A DNA stretch of 52,512 bases from NCBI GenBank assembly GCA_945865695.1, contig CAMBFX010000002.1, positions 1 through 52,512 of the forward strand, read 5' to 3'. The DNA is from Chryseobacterium gleum. Lineage in GTDB: Bacteria; Bacteroidota; Bacteroidia; Flavobacteriales_D; UBA2798. This document shows, piece by piece, positions 1 through 10,535 of this stretch (its first letter is position 1; the number at the start of each line of letters is the position of its first letter). Below the pieces are notes generated by a model. The model did no database searches, was not told the origin of the DNA, and was given only the letters and a program-made list of their open reading frames with translations. A program made the position numbers and the translations under genes.

Positions 1-2
1 AC

Positions 3-31
3 AAAAAAACCTGACGTTTCAGCCAGGTTTT
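3..31 (-). terminator. Candidate rho-independent terminator downstream of the 75..1472 gene
   Basis: The minus strand reads AAAACCTG-GCTGAAACGT-CAGGTTTT followed by TTTGT. This is an inverted repeat at 7-13 / 24-30 with a T-rich tail, but the stem is GC-poor. Confidence 0.45.
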
Positions 32-74
32 AATTTATTAAAAGTATTTACTCCTTTCCAGAGTGAGAAAGTTA

Positions 75-1472
75 TTAATCTTCGTTTGTGCTAGTAGATT
101 TATAAAAATTCATTCCTACATAAAGTAATCCAGCGCAAATTCCACATAATATTAAACCACCAATAACTTGGCCGTTTTCACCTGCAAGAACATCTTTTAA
201 TAAGTCCATAATTTTGTAAATTAAAACAGGTAAAGCGATAATAATACCTAAAGCTAAAATTTGATAGTCTTTAGATTTAATTCCTTTCATTACATAATCA
301 GCACCTAAAGCAATAGCATAAAGCGTAAATAACCAAGCTCCAATTACTCCTGTTTCACCAAATTTTGCAGTCAACAATGCTAAAACAAAAACAGCTGGGA
401 AAGCCATTAACATAATGTTTGCTTTTTTCTCAGATTTAAAATCGTTGTGAACCGAGTAAGATGCCCAAGCAATAACTCCTAATACAACTAATAGGTTTAT
501 GATATAGGCAAACCATCCGTTAATGCTACTGCCTTCCATTAATCCAGATAACATTAACATCATTCCTTGTGTATCTTCTAGAGTCATTGCCCAAGTTAAA
601 CCAACAAAAGCTAAAATGGTAATGGTTTGAAAAGGACGATTCCACCAGAATTTTCCATCAGCATAATATTCTTTACCTGCCATGTAGAAACATACTAATA
701 AGAATGGAACAGCTAACATCGAGAATGTAGTGAAAGCATTCATTCCAACTTGAATTAATAAGTATCCACCAATCCAACCTAATACCAATTTACGAGTATC
801 GTAAGAAGGACGGTCAGTATAGCGCATAAAATGTGGAAGAATTAATAATAAAAAGAACCAAGAGAAAATGGCATGTCCAGTTTTTGCAAACATTCCACCA
901 ACTAGTGCTTCTGGGCCACTCAACAACATTAATGGATTAGAAAGCATTCCAATAATTTGTGTTGCTCCTAACCAAGTTAATAATATGCCAAGATAAATTA
1001 ATGCCCCAACTGTTGAAGTTGCAAGGTAAATTACAGGAATGCTAATAAACATCCAATAAACCATGAATTTAGTGCCACCTAAAATACTAGGCAACTCTAA
1101 CGATAATGCACCTAAAGTCATTCCAGTTAAAATAATACAAAGAGCAGCTGAAGCTTCCATGTATACTTTAGAATCGAATTTATTAAAGAAGGCTAAATAA
1201 AATAAATAACAACCCACTCCCATTGGAATTAAATCAACAATAATTTTTACAGCTGATGGTAAATCACCCATAAATTTAGAAAGTATCATCGTATAACCTG
1301 CAATTCCAAATCCAAAGGCAATAAGTGCCATTATTACTAAAAATATATCTCCTGCTTTTCCGTCTTTTTTGCTGAAGAATTTTTTAATTGAATCAGAAAT
1401 GTCTTGGGTGACGGAATTGGAGCCAACCAGATCTCCTGATCTCATGCTCCACCATTTTGAATCGTATGCCAT
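75..1472 (-). CDS. Polytopic integral membrane protein, function unknown
   Basis: 465-aa ORF with roughly a dozen long hydrophobic segments after a short polar N-terminus. I recognise no catalytic motif. Confidence 0.75.
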   Translation of the reverse strand: MAYDSKWWSMRSGDLVGSNSVTQDISDSIKKFFSKKDGKAGDIFLVIMALIAFGFGIAGYTMILSKFMGDLPSAVKIIVDLIPMGVGCYLFYLAFFNKFDSKVYMEASAALCIILTGMTLGALSLELPSILGGTKFMVYWMFISIPVIYLATSTVGALIYLGILLTWLGATQIIGMLSNPLMLLSGPEALVGGMFAKTGHAIFSWFFLLLILPHFMRYTDRPSYDTRKLVLGWIGGYLLIQVGMNAFTTFSMLAVPFLLVCFYMAGKEYYADGKFWWNRPFQTITILAFVGLTWAMTLEDTQGMMLMLSGLMEGSSINGWFAYIINLLVVLGVIAWASYSVHNDFKSEKKANIMLMAFPAVFVLALLTAKFGETGVIGAWLFTLYAIALGADYVMKGIKSKDYQILALGIIIALPVLIYKIMDLLKDVLAGENGQVIGGLILCGICAGLLYVGMNFYKSTSTNED

Positions 1473-1614
1473 AATCTTATTTGGTTTTTTGGTTTAATGG
1501 TAAATATAGAACAGTTTGTTAAAACAGCAGAAAGTTTAATCGGAAGATTATTAACATTTAAAGTTGAAAAAGTGAGTTTTTCATTGTAGAATGCTTTGTT
1601 AATACATCCTTGAT

Positions 1615-1648
1615 AAAAAACAAAAGGCTTGAAAAATCAAACCTTTTG
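1615..1648 (-). terminator. Candidate rho-independent terminator downstream of citrate synthase
   Basis: The minus strand reads CAAAAGG-(14 nt loop)-CCTTTTG followed by T6 (plus-strand A-run at 1615-1620). It lies about 50 nt past the gltA stop. Confidence 0.5.
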
Positions 1649-1697
1649 TTCCTTTACTCTCGAGGGTCGTGAGAAAGTTCTTCTAACCATTAAATTA

Positions 1698-2987
1698 CTA
1701 ACCTCGCTTAGCCATCGAAATATAGTCTCTTTTTGTAGCTCCAACATAAATTTGCCTTGGGCGACCAATGGGTTCATTATTTTTAGTCATTTCTTTCCAT
1801 TGAGCAATCCATCCTGGAAGACGTCCAATAGCAAACATCACCGTAAACATATCTACAGGGATTCCTAATGCACGATAAATAATTCCAGAGTAAAAATCCA
1901 CGTTTGGATACAAGTTTCTTTCTTTGAAATAAGGGTCATTTAAAGCAACCTGCTCTAACTGTTTTGCCAAATCAAGAATAGGATCATGAATACCTAGTTT
2001 ATTCAAAATATCATCACAAGCTTTTTTAATAATAGTTGCGCGAGGATCAAAATTCTTATAAACACGGTGACCAAATCCCATTAAACGGAATGGATCATTT
2101 TTATCTTTTGCTTTATTTACCCATTTATCAATTCCACCACCGTCTTTTCTAATTTGTTCTAACATTTCTATCACTTCTTGATTTGCACCACCGTGAAGAG
2201 GCCCCCATAAAGCTGCAATTCCAGCTGAAATAGCAGAATAAAGATTAGCTTGAGAAGAACCAACAATACGAACGGTTGATGTTGAACAATTTTGTTCGTG
2301 ATCAGCATGAAGTATCAATAATTTATCTAAAGCAGAGGCAACAACAGGATCAACTTCATATTCAAACGTTGGCATCGCAAACATCATATGCAGGAAATTC
2401 TCCGTATAATTATATTTATTTTGAGGATAAACAACCTGATGACCCAACGAATTTTTATAAGCCCATGCTGCCAAAGTTGGAAGCTTTCCCATTGCACGAT
2501 AAATGGTCAAAAGCTTTTTATCATCAGGGCGATTTGGGTTTTGCGATTCAGGATAAAAAGTAGAAAGCGAACACATCATAGAAGCTAAAATTCCCATTGG
2601 ATGAGCTTTGGATGGATAAGCTTCATAAAAACGTTTCATGTCCTCATGAACCAATGTATGTCTAGTAATATTATTTCTAAAATCTTCCATTTCGATTTTC
2701 GTTGGAAGCTCCCCAAAAATCAAAAGATGTGAAACTTCAAGGAAATTAGATTTCTCAGCTAATTGTTCAATTGGATATCCACGATAATGAAGAATTCCTT
2801 CTTCACCATCTAAAAAAGTAATTGCGCTTTTTGTAGCTCCTGTATTTTTGTAACCAGTATCTAAGGTGATATAACCAGTCATATCACGAAGCTTACTGAT
2901 ATCAATTGCTTTTTCGTTTTCGGTTCCTGTTACAACCGGTAGTTCATATTCTTTACCATCAAGAATAAGTTTTGCTGTTTCGCTCAT
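1698..2987 (-). CDS. gltA: Citrate synthase (type II)
   Basis: 429-aa full-length ORF with hallmark motifs GPLHGGANQEV, MGFGHRVYKNFDPRA and NVDFYSGIIY. Confidence 0.97.
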   Translation of the reverse strand: MSETAKLILDGKEYELPVVTGTENEKAIDISKLRDMTGYITLDTGYKNTGATKSAITFLDGEEGILHYRGYPIEQLAEKSNFLEVSHLLIFGELPTKIEMEDFRNNITRHTLVHEDMKRFYEAYPSKAHPMGILASMMCSLSTFYPESQNPNRPDDKKLLTIYRAMGKLPTLAAWAYKNSLGHQVVYPQNKYNYTENFLHMMFAMPTFEYEVDPVVASALDKLLILHADHEQNCSTSTVRIVGSSQANLYSAISAGIAALWGPLHGGANQEVIEMLEQIRKDGGGIDKWVNKAKDKNDPFRLMGFGHRVYKNFDPRATIIKKACDDILNKLGIHDPILDLAKQLEQVALNDPYFKERNLYPNVDFYSGIIYRALGIPVDMFTVMFAIGRLPGWIAQWKEMTKNNEPIGRPRQIYVGATKRDYISMAKRG

Positions 2988-3079
2988 TTGTAGTGTATTT
3001 AGTTGTTTTTTCTAAACAGCCTAAAAGTAAAAAAAGAAAATTGTATTAAAGCAGTTTTAGAAAAAAAAATATCGGCCGC

Positions 3080-5989
3080 CTATTTTTGAAGGCTAGTTTT
3101 GAAAATATATTCTGTGCGGTTAGAGGTTATGTGAATCAAGTAAAAGCCATTTTGAAGGTGTTCGATAGAGTAGTTTTCGCCAGTCGTCATTTTTTCTTCT
3201 ATTAATCTTCCTGTGGCATCAAAAACCTTGATTTGGGTTCCCGTTTCGCAGGTGCTCAGATGGAAGATATTTCCATTCAAAGTAGGCATTTCAACTGCAT
3301 TTTGACGAAACACCATTCTTACATTACTATATTGAATTTCACCATTTAGATCAACAATTTTAAGTCTATAATAACTATATCCTGTTTCTGGGTGATCATC
3401 GGCACAGGAATAATTTCGAGGTGAATTTGAATTTCCTGAAGCAGTAATTTGAGCAATTTGTATGAAATTTTCCATATCAGTTGAACGTTCTAATACAAAA
3501 TGACTAGTATTCGTTTCAGTGGCTGTGGTCCAAAAAATATAATTGAATTTTTCATGTTTAATAACATTAAAGTCAATTAATTCAACAGGTAAAGCAGTAC
3601 AAATTAAAGTAGCAATAAAAGCCGCATTTACCGCTGAATTTGCGGCTCCTGGGGTTTCATCTGTTGGAACTGATCCTCTTTGATAATTGGCTGCTAATGT
3701 ATAATCGTTGTTGGTGGTATTTTCAAAACCAATATTTTGACCCAAAGTTGTTGTTGTTCCAATTAATAAATTGTCAGGTCCACCGTCCATAACTGCAGGT
3801 AGGGTAGCGGTTCCCCATGAAAAACCATGACTATAAACACCATTAGGATATCTAACTTGAGCCGCATCCTCTCCGTTTGCCAATGAAATATAATTCCAAT
3901 TCCCTATTCCATAAACACAAGGAGAATAACTGTTATCTGTTGAAGTAGGTCGCGTAACACACCCCTCCAATAAAGTACTGTTAGACGGAAGAATATAAAC
4001 TTTATCCGGGATAATTAAATCAGAAGGGTCATCCGCTGGAACGGCTGTATTAATATCGGAAGAATTATAAATTACAATTAAACTTCCACTTGGAACATTC
4101 GACCATTGATTGGAGGAAGTAAATCGCATATGTCCTGCTGCAATTCCTGCTCCTGAAGCTGCCCCGTTACTAAAATCACCATTATTATCATCTATTATGA
4201 AATTACGAATATCTATTGTGGCACATGGATCATTTGCAACTACTAATAGTTCAAAATATTCTTTATTTCCTGACCCGCCTTGAGATATTTCATTAACGAT
4301 GATTGGGCCATAACAAGGAGAAAGAGCGTTAGTAACCAATAAATCTACTCCATTATCAGTGCCCGTTGTAATTGGGTTAGTTGAAACAACACGTATTCGA
4401 TAGTTAGCGGATGGAGTCAATCCCGCTAAAATTGTAGAAGGAATGGTTGATGTTGGACTAACGCCAGATAAAGTTAATTCACCAATAGTAATTGGAAAGG
4501 CAAAACTCCCGGAAGCATCAGATAATTGAGCTCTAAAAATATTTCCCGCATTAAAATTTCCATTCGAAGTAAAAGGAACCGTAGTTACCTGAAATGTTGT
4601 GCAATCTACCGTAAATGGACTGCCAGAAATAACTCCAGTTGTAATTCCACAAGGAACACCCGAAAAATTAATAGTTAAATTAGTTCCATTATCAGAGCCG
4701 TTGTAAGCGGTATTTGCAGAAACAACACGAATTCGGTATCCTGCTCCTGTAAGTGTTCCAGCAGGAATGGTGGAGGCAATGGTTCCCGAATTAGCCGTTG
4801 AAGTTAATGTTCCGATGGTAACTGGTGCGGTAAAACTTCCAGCCGCATCGGATAATTGAGCGGTATAAACATTTCCAGCAGTGAAAGTGCCAACAGAAGT
4901 AAAATCAACATTAACTGCGGTTCCCGATAAGCAAGCAACAGTAAATGGAGACCCTACTATTGCAGAGGTGGAAATTCCACAAGCTCCTCCAGTTAAATTA
5001 ATGGCAAGATTAGTTCCATTATCAGTTCCTGTTGTAAGAGGCAAATTTGAAACTACTCTAATTCTATATGTTCCTCCAGAAGCCATATTGGCCGGAATAG
5101 TTGATGCAATCGTTCCTGAATTTGCTGTAGAGGTAAGAGTTCCAATTACAGTGGGCAAAGCAAAACTTCCAGCTGCATCTGATATTTCTGCGGAATAAAC
5201 ATTGCCAGCTGTAAATGTTCCTACAGAGGTAAAATCAACATTTAATGAAGCTCCAGCCAAACATGAAACAGAAAAGGGCGAGCCGACTACGGCTGATGTG
5301 GTGAGGGTATTAGGTGCAATAAATGTTGGTGTTATTGAAAAATCATCAATACCCAGACCATCATCAGCACCTGATGCATTTAAATCATTCCAACGTATCC
5401 AAAAAGTACTTCCATTTGTAATGGATAGTCCCGTAATGGTTAATGTGATTGAAGTACGATTAGCCGCCACATTTCCATCTAAAGCACCAACGGTTCCGGT
5501 CGAATTTGGTGCGGTAAAATCTAGAGAATTTTCATCTGTCCAGGTTCCTGTTATTATGGATGTGGCGCTAGTGCTATATTGAAAATCCATACGGTCGTTT
5601 CTTCCTGTTGCACCTAATCTCCATTGCTCCCCAATATAAGTAATTGATAAATCTGTAATTGTTCCCCCGGTGTTATTGGTAAATTGTGCGCCAATTATTG
5701 GAATTAAACTCCCAGATTGTAAACCGCCAAAAGCTCTGTCGGCTGCCGCGGTTCCAAAGCTATAAGTGTCACCAGTATTTCCCGTACCTGTTCCTGCAGT
5801 GTAAACTGTATTAGCACCAGATCCTGATTCGGAAAATGCCCACCCAGCAGGAACAACTGATGATGTTCCTGTATTTGCAAGTGAATTAAAATTTTGGGTA
5901 TAAGCTCCACCAGTAAGACTTATTTGAGCAATTGATTTTTCACCGAAAAAGGCCAGAAATAAAAATAATATTTTATAGAATTTTCCCAT
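3080..5989 (-). CDS. Secreted cell-surface protein with a lamin-tail-like domain, three tandem ~110-aa repeats and a T9SS type-A C-terminal sorting domain
   Basis: Signal peptide MGKFYKILFLFLAFFGEKSIA/Q. LTD-like segment IIVNEISQGGSGNKEYFELLVV. The C-terminal ~80 aa (...GFYLIHITSNRTEYIFKTSLQK) has the typical Por-secretion CTD pattern. Confidence 0.8.
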   Translation of the reverse strand: MGKFYKILFLFLAFFGEKSIAQISLTGGAYTQNFNSLANTGTSSVVPAGWAFSESGSGANTVYTAGTGTGNTGDTYSFGTAAADRAFGGLQSGSLIPIIGAQFTNNTGGTITDLSITYIGEQWRLGATGRNDRMDFQYSTSATSIITGTWTDENSLDFTAPNSTGTVGALDGNVAANRTSITLTITGLSITNGSTFWIRWNDLNASGADDGLGIDDFSITPTFIAPNTLTTSAVVGSPFSVSCLAGASLNVDFTSVGTFTAGNVYSAEISDAAGSFALPTVIGTLTSTANSGTIASTIPANMASGGTYRIRVVSNLPLTTGTDNGTNLAINLTGGACGISTSAIVGSPFTVACLSGTAVNVDFTSVGTFTAGNVYTAQLSDAAGSFTAPVTIGTLTSTANSGTIASTIPAGTLTGAGYRIRVVSANTAYNGSDNGTNLTINFSGVPCGITTGVISGSPFTVDCTTFQVTTVPFTSNGNFNAGNIFRAQLSDASGSFAFPITIGELTLSGVSPTSTIPSTILAGLTPSANYRIRVVSTNPITTGTDNGVDLLVTNALSPCYGPIIVNEISQGGSGNKEYFELLVVANDPCATIDIRNFIIDDNNGDFSNGAASGAGIAAGHMRFTSSNQWSNVPSGSLIVIYNSSDINTAVPADDPSDLIIPDKVYILPSNSTLLEGCVTRPTSTDNSYSPCVYGIGNWNYISLANGEDAAQVRYPNGVYSHGFSWGTATLPAVMDGGPDNLLIGTTTTLGQNIGFENTTNNDYTLAANYQRGSVPTDETPGAANSAVNAAFIATLICTALPVELIDFNVIKHEKFNYIFWTTATETNTSHFVLERSTDMENFIQIAQITASGNSNSPRNYSCADDHPETGYSYYRLKIVDLNGEIQYSNVRMVFRQNAVEMPTLNGNIFHLSTCETGTQIKVFDATGRLIEEKMTTGENYSIEHLQNGFYLIHITSNRTEYIFKTSLQK
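4322..5305 (-). repeat. Three tandem ~330-nt (~110-aa) intragenic repeats
   Basis: Units begin at about aa 229, 339 and 449. Shared motif: VGSPF(S/T)V.C..G...NVDFTSVGTFTAGNVY.A..SDAAGSF..P..IGTLTSTANSGTIASTIPA....G.YRIRVVS. Copies 1 and 2 are nearly identical and copy 3 is diverged. Confidence 0.85.
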
Positions 5990-6202
5990 TATTCAGTTTC
6001 ATTGGGCGGTTCAGTGGTAATTTGTTTTACCGAAACTGGAGGGTGTTCGCTTGGTGTAAAATTAAGTAGAATAATTGAATGAGGTTTCAGTTTAGGTTAT
6101 TCAAAGGACAATTATATATGAACTATTTTACAATAAAAATTAGGTATAAATGATTGGTAATATGAAAGTTAATATATTTATGTCCCGTGAATAGTTTTTT
6201 AA

Positions 6203-6403
6203 TTATCGGTTTGCCATTGCTGCGCTGAACTTTTCTTGCCCCATTATCTCCTTTTTCTGCGATCCATTCTTCCCTTGTTGAGTTAGAATTAGTGACTCTA
6301 TTAGGTTCGGAGATTTGCGATACGCCAACTTCTCGTTTACTGGTAGATTGTACCTCTTGAACACTTCTATTTGTTCTGCTGTTAATGTTTTCTTGTTTTC
6401 CAT
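6203..6403 (-). CDS. Small hypothetical protein (66 aa)
   Basis: ORF only; basic and hydrophilic, with no motif I recognise. It sits in an otherwise empty ~500-nt gap. Confidence 0.3.
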   Translation of the reverse strand: MENKKTLTAEQIEVFKRYNLPVNEKLAYRKSPNLIESLILTQQGKNGSQKKEIMGQEKFSAAMANR

Positions 6404-6498
6404 TTTTGTTATTTTTTATTAATGCCTTTAATTTGTCAATTTAGATAAAATTATTGTTAAGAATTTAGCAATAAAGTCAAATAGATTCATCCACGAAA

Positions 6499-7383
6499 TT
6501 ACTTTTCGGTCAATTTTAAAAAGGATTTTATCTTATCGTTATCAATTGTTACCGATAAATCATATAACCATAATTTCCATTCTCCATTTTCTTTTTTCAA
6601 AACTCCTGATGCTTTGCATTCTCCCATCCATGTATCTAATCTTTCATCAAACCAAGCGGTTTGTAGGTTATCATCAAACCGTATATTTCTCTCGAGTGGT
6701 TTAAAATCCCAAGCTTTGCCCTTATCGAAAAAGGGTTTACAAAAAGTGTAAAATTCTGATTTAGTCCAACGTTCTGTTTTGTCCGTTCCTTTATATATGC
6801 AGGAATCACTCATTAAATTGAAAAAGTCATTTTCATTGGCAGTTCCAGCAGCAATATGCCATTTATCCATCAATGAATTTAGAAGGGTTGATTCTATTTT
6901 TGAATTTTTAGCAGAAGTTATATCTCCATTTCCTTTTTTATAACGAGTGTCAATAATGGAAATGATTTTCCATCCAAATTCTTTAATTGAAGGACTTCTT
7001 ATTAAAGTAAATTGATTGATTCCTGTATGACTCAAACTTCCATTAAAATGAAATGCATATTCTGTCCAAATAGTGGACATTAATTCATCGTTCAAAAACG
7101 AAAAGTGGATTAATTTTTCTTCCCATTCACCAACCAATGGTTCATTCATCATTGATTGAAATTCGGGATAAGAAGAGGAGTGAACCAAAACAGAATCTTT
7201 AAATCCCATCACCGTTTTCAACTCAGTACTCGAATCCATAATTTTAGAAAAGCCATTAATATCATTTTTCTGCATACAGGTAAAAAAATAATTAATCACT
7301 TTTTGTAGACTATCTTCTTTAGTTTGAGCCGAAAGATTTAGTGTAAAAACGAATGCAATAATTAAAAAGATATTTTTCATCAT
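6499..7383 (-). CDS. Secreted protein with two NTF2-like (SnoaL/DUF4440-type) domains
   Basis: Signal peptide MMKNIFLIIAFVFTLNLSA/Q. The C-terminal half has the NTF2-family pattern AWFDERLDTWMGECKASGVLKKENGEWKLWLYDLS. Confidence 0.65.
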   Translation of the reverse strand: MMKNIFLIIAFVFTLNLSAQTKEDSLQKVINYFFTCMQKNDINGFSKIMDSSTELKTVMGFKDSVLVHSSSYPEFQSMMNEPLVGEWEEKLIHFSFLNDELMSTIWTEYAFHFNGSLSHTGINQFTLIRSPSIKEFGWKIISIIDTRYKKGNGDITSAKNSKIESTLLNSLMDKWHIAAGTANENDFFNLMSDSCIYKGTDKTERWTKSEFYTFCKPFFDKGKAWDFKPLERNIRFDDNLQTAWFDERLDTWMGECKASGVLKKENGEWKLWLYDLSVTIDNDKIKSFLKLTEK

Positions 7384-7627
7384 TCAAATAATTAGATCAA
7401 AATTGTTTCCGCTTTAATTTTAGTTAATTTTTACCCAAATGAACCGCTACTAAAATTAAATGATTTTAAAGATGTTGTTCATAAAATTGTACCTAAAGGT
7501 ATAAAAACCCTTGGTATTTAGCGTATCTTTAATGACGAGTGGTTGTTTAAAATACGTTTATAACTTATTACAAGTATAAATAATTCGTGGAACCCTCTTT
7601 TCGGTGTGGTAAGATTATATTTGAAGT

Positions 7628-9247
7628 ATGGAAGAGTCAAGAGAGAAATTAACAGAGATTAGAAGAAACAAATTAAAAAATTCAGGTTTAGCATCTGCAT
7701 TTGTAGAAGGCGGGAAATTACCTCCTCAAGCAATTGATTTGGAAGAAGCAGTTCTCGGAGCAATGATGCTCGAAAAAAATGCGGTCAATGATGCCATTGA
7801 TATTTTATCGCCCGAAAGTTTTTATAAAGATGCTCATCAACGCATTTTTGAAGTGATTCATGATTTATTTCAAGAATCACAACCTATTGATATTTTAACA
7901 GTAACAGCTCGACTTCGACAGAAAGGCGAATTAGATATTGTGGGCGGACCATTTTATATTTCACAATTGACCAATCGTGTGGCTTCATCTGCCAATGTAG
8001 AATATCACGCTCGTATCATTTCGCAAAAACATATTATGCGTGAATTAATTCGTCTATCCAATGAAACGATTAAGGATGCTTATGATGAAACATCTGATGT
8101 TTTTGATTTATTAGATAAAACCGAAAGTCAACTTTATAAAGTTACTCAAGGAAATTTAAGAAGAGATTACTCGAGTATGAGTACCCTCATCCAACATGCC
8201 ATTGAAGACATCGAAAAAAATAAAAATCAAACGGATGGTTTAAGTGGTGTTCCTTCTGGTTTCACGGATTTAGATCGAGTTACTTCTGGTTGGCAAAAAT
8301 CCGATATGATTGTTATCGCAGCTCGTCCTGGTATGGGTAAAACGGCTTTTATATTGAGTATGGCGAGAAATTCTGCGGTGATGTTTAATCGTCCAGTTGC
8401 CGTTTTCTCATTGGAAATGTCTGCTTTGCAATTAGTAAATCGTTTGATCGCCAGTGAATCGGAATTACCTGCAGATAAGTTAAGAAAAGGAAATCTTGCT
8501 TTGCATGAGATTCAACAATTACATGAAAAAATAAAAAAACTAGCTGTTGCTCCTATTTATATTGACGATACACCTGCGCTTTCTATTTTTGAATTAAGAG
8601 CAAAATGTCGTAGATTAAAAGCACAATATAATGTGGAAATGATTATCATCGATTATTTGCAATTGATGAGTGGAGGAAACGAAGGAAAAGGAAATCGAGA
8701 ACAAGAAATTTCCAGTATTTCTCGTTCCATTAAATCCATTGCAAAAGAATTAGAAGTTCCAATTATTGCATTATCTCAGTTGAGCCGATCGGTTGAAACC
8801 CGTGGCGGAGATAAACGCCCAATGTTAAGTGACCTTCGTGAATCGGGAGCCATTGAGCAGGATGCAGATATCGTGGCTTTTATTTATCGTCCAGAATATT
8901 ACAATATCACTGAGGATGAGAAAGGTCAATCGCTTCTTGGAACAGGTGAGATAATTATTGCTAAGCATCGTAATGGTTCATTGGACAATGTTCGATTGAA
9001 ATTTGTTCCACAATTAGCTAAATTTGAAAACCTGAATGAGGATTTTAGCGTATCAGGTGGGTATGAGAATCAAGTTCAAGGCGGAGGAAACTTTAAATTT
9101 GAAGATAAATTTGCCGGAAAAATGGAGCCTAATAATGATTTCGACAATAACTCCAGTGCGATTACGTTAAAATCAAAAATGAATGATGCAAAAGAAGATG
9201 AAGATTTCAATTTTAAAGCAAATGATTTCAATGAAGATCCTTTCTAA
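7628..9247 (+). CDS. dnaB: Replicative DNA helicase DnaB
   Basis: N-terminal PPQAIDLEEAVLGAMML, Walker A ARPGMGKTAF, Walker B IIIDYLQLM, SQLSRSVE and the arginine-finger region. It carries an acidic, low-complexity C-terminal extension. Confidence 0.97.
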   Translation: MEESREKLTEIRRNKLKNSGLASAFVEGGKLPPQAIDLEEAVLGAMMLEKNAVNDAIDILSPESFYKDAHQRIFEVIHDLFQESQPIDILTVTARLRQKGELDIVGGPFYISQLTNRVASSANVEYHARIISQKHIMRELIRLSNETIKDAYDETSDVFDLLDKTESQLYKVTQGNLRRDYSSMSTLIQHAIEDIEKNKNQTDGLSGVPSGFTDLDRVTSGWQKSDMIVIAARPGMGKTAFILSMARNSAVMFNRPVAVFSLEMSALQLVNRLIASESELPADKLRKGNLALHEIQQLHEKIKKLAVAPIYIDDTPALSIFELRAKCRRLKAQYNVEMIIIDYLQLMSGGNEGKGNREQEISSISRSIKSIAKELEVPIIALSQLSRSVETRGGDKRPMLSDLRESGAIEQDADIVAFIYRPEYYNITEDEKGQSLLGTGEIIIAKHRNGSLDNVRLKFVPQLAKFENLNEDFSVSGGYENQVQGGGNFKFEDKFAGKMEPNNDFDNNSSAITLKSKMNDAKEDEDFNFKANDFNEDPF

Positions 9248-10535
9248 ATTTCTTCTACTAATTTTATTTTTACTGCCTTTTCATTCAGGAAATAGCTTTG
9301 TGAATAATTCTTTTATTACTCCGGATGGAGGAAAGTATATTCTCATCCCGATGGATGATTCTCAAAAAAATCATATCAAATCTTATGGAATAGCTTATTG
9401 GGTTTTACAAAATGAAATTGATATCGAATGGTTGTTAAATTATCGTGGTGGAAGTTTCATGATTGAACACAAAAAAGACATCGAGGAAGAATTAGTCATT
9501 CGTGGCGTAAGTTATGAGGTTATTTCTGACGGAAAATCACAGGCTATTCGGTCTGAAATTGCACAACCAGAAGTGAACATGGAAATTGTGAAATTAGAAA
9601 AGGCTCCGAAAATTGCAGTTTACGCTCCTCGCACCAATCAACCATGGGATGATGCAGTTACTTTAGTAATGAAATATGCCGAAATTCCCTATACACAAGT
9701 TTATGATTCTGCTATTGTAGTGGGTGATTTACCAAAATATGACTGGTTGCACTTGCATCATGAAGATTTCACTGGTCAATACGGTAAATTTTATTCTAGT
9801 TACCGTAATCAAGCTTGGTATCAGCAAATGGTAAAAGAAACCGAAATGATGGCTAAATTTTTAGGATTCAGTAAGGTGAGTGAAATGAAATTAGGAGTTA
9901 CTTTAAAAATTAAGGAATATGTTTCTGCTGGTGGATTTTTATTTACCATGTGTTCTGGAACAGATTCATTCGATATTGCTCTTTCTGCTGAAGGAACTGA
10001 TATTTGTGGTCAAATGTATGATGGGGATCCAGTAGATCCAGATGCGCAATCAAAATTAGATTTTACTCAAACTTTGGCGTTCGAAGAGTATACTTTAATC
10101 ACTGATCCTTACCAATATGAATTTGCCAATATTGATGGAACAACTGCCCATAATTCAGTAACCGAAAAAAATGATGTTTTTACTTTGTTTGATTTTTCTG
10201 CTAAATGGGATATTGTTCCAACTATGTTATGCCAAAATCATACTTCAGTGGTGCCCGGTTTCATGGGTCAAACCACCGATTTTTACACACAATATATCAA
10301 ATCAAATGTTTTAGTAATGGGTGAGAGTAAGGCATTAGGAACTGCTCGATACATTCACAGTGAATTAGGTCTAGGAACTTGGACTTTTTATGGTGGACAT
10401 GATCCCGAAGATTATCGTCATATGGTGGGTGATCCTCCAACAGATTTAAATCTTCATCCTAATTCTCCAGGTTATAGATTAATTCTGAATAATATTCTTT
10501 TTCCAGCTGCGAAGAAGAAGAAGCAGAAAACTTAA
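9231..10535 (+). CDS. Secreted protein of unknown function
   Basis: I prefer the ATG at 9231 (MKILSKFLLLILFLLPFHSGNS signal peptide) over the ORF-track start at 9183. This start overlaps the dnaB 3' end by 17 nt. The C-terminus is polybasic (AAKKKKQKT). Confidence 0.7.
   Translation: MKILSKFLLLILFLLPFHSGNSFVNNSFITPDGGKYILIPMDDSQKNHIKSYGIAYWVLQNEIDIEWLLNYRGGSFMIEHKKDIEEELVIRGVSYEVISDGKSQAIRSEIAQPEVNMEIVKLEKAPKIAVYAPRTNQPWDDAVTLVMKYAEIPYTQVYDSAIVVGDLPKYDWLHLHHEDFTGQYGKFYSSYRNQAWYQQMVKETEMMAKFLGFSKVSEMKLGVTLKIKEYVSAGGFLFTMCSGTDSFDIALSAEGTDICGQMYDGDPVDPDAQSKLDFTQTLAFEEYTLITDPYQYEFANIDGTTAHNSVTEKNDVFTLFDFSAKWDIVPTMLCQNHTSVVPGFMGQTTDFYTQYIKSNVLVMGESKALGTARYIHSELGLGTWTFYGGHDPEDYRHMVGDPPTDLNLHPNSPGYRLILNNILFPAAKKKKQKT

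Noticed and set aside
1629-2588. ORFs 1629-1868, 2276-2563 and 2388-2588 overlapping citrate synthase.
   Set aside because: They are antisense to an unambiguous, full-length gltA, and their translations are low-complexity.
4881-5582. Plus-strand ORFs 4881-5198 and 5202-5582, and the minus-strand off-frame ORF 5704-5910, within the 3080-5989 gene.
   Set aside because: They are antisense or off-frame shadows of the repeat-rich surface-protein gene. None has an independent start context or a motif.
7616-7623. TATATTTG match to the -7 consensus just upstream of dnaB.
   Set aside because: It ends only 4 nt before the dnaB ATG, so it cannot serve that start codon with normal geometry. It is likely a chance match in AT-rich sequence, unless dnaB is leaderless or starts further downstream.
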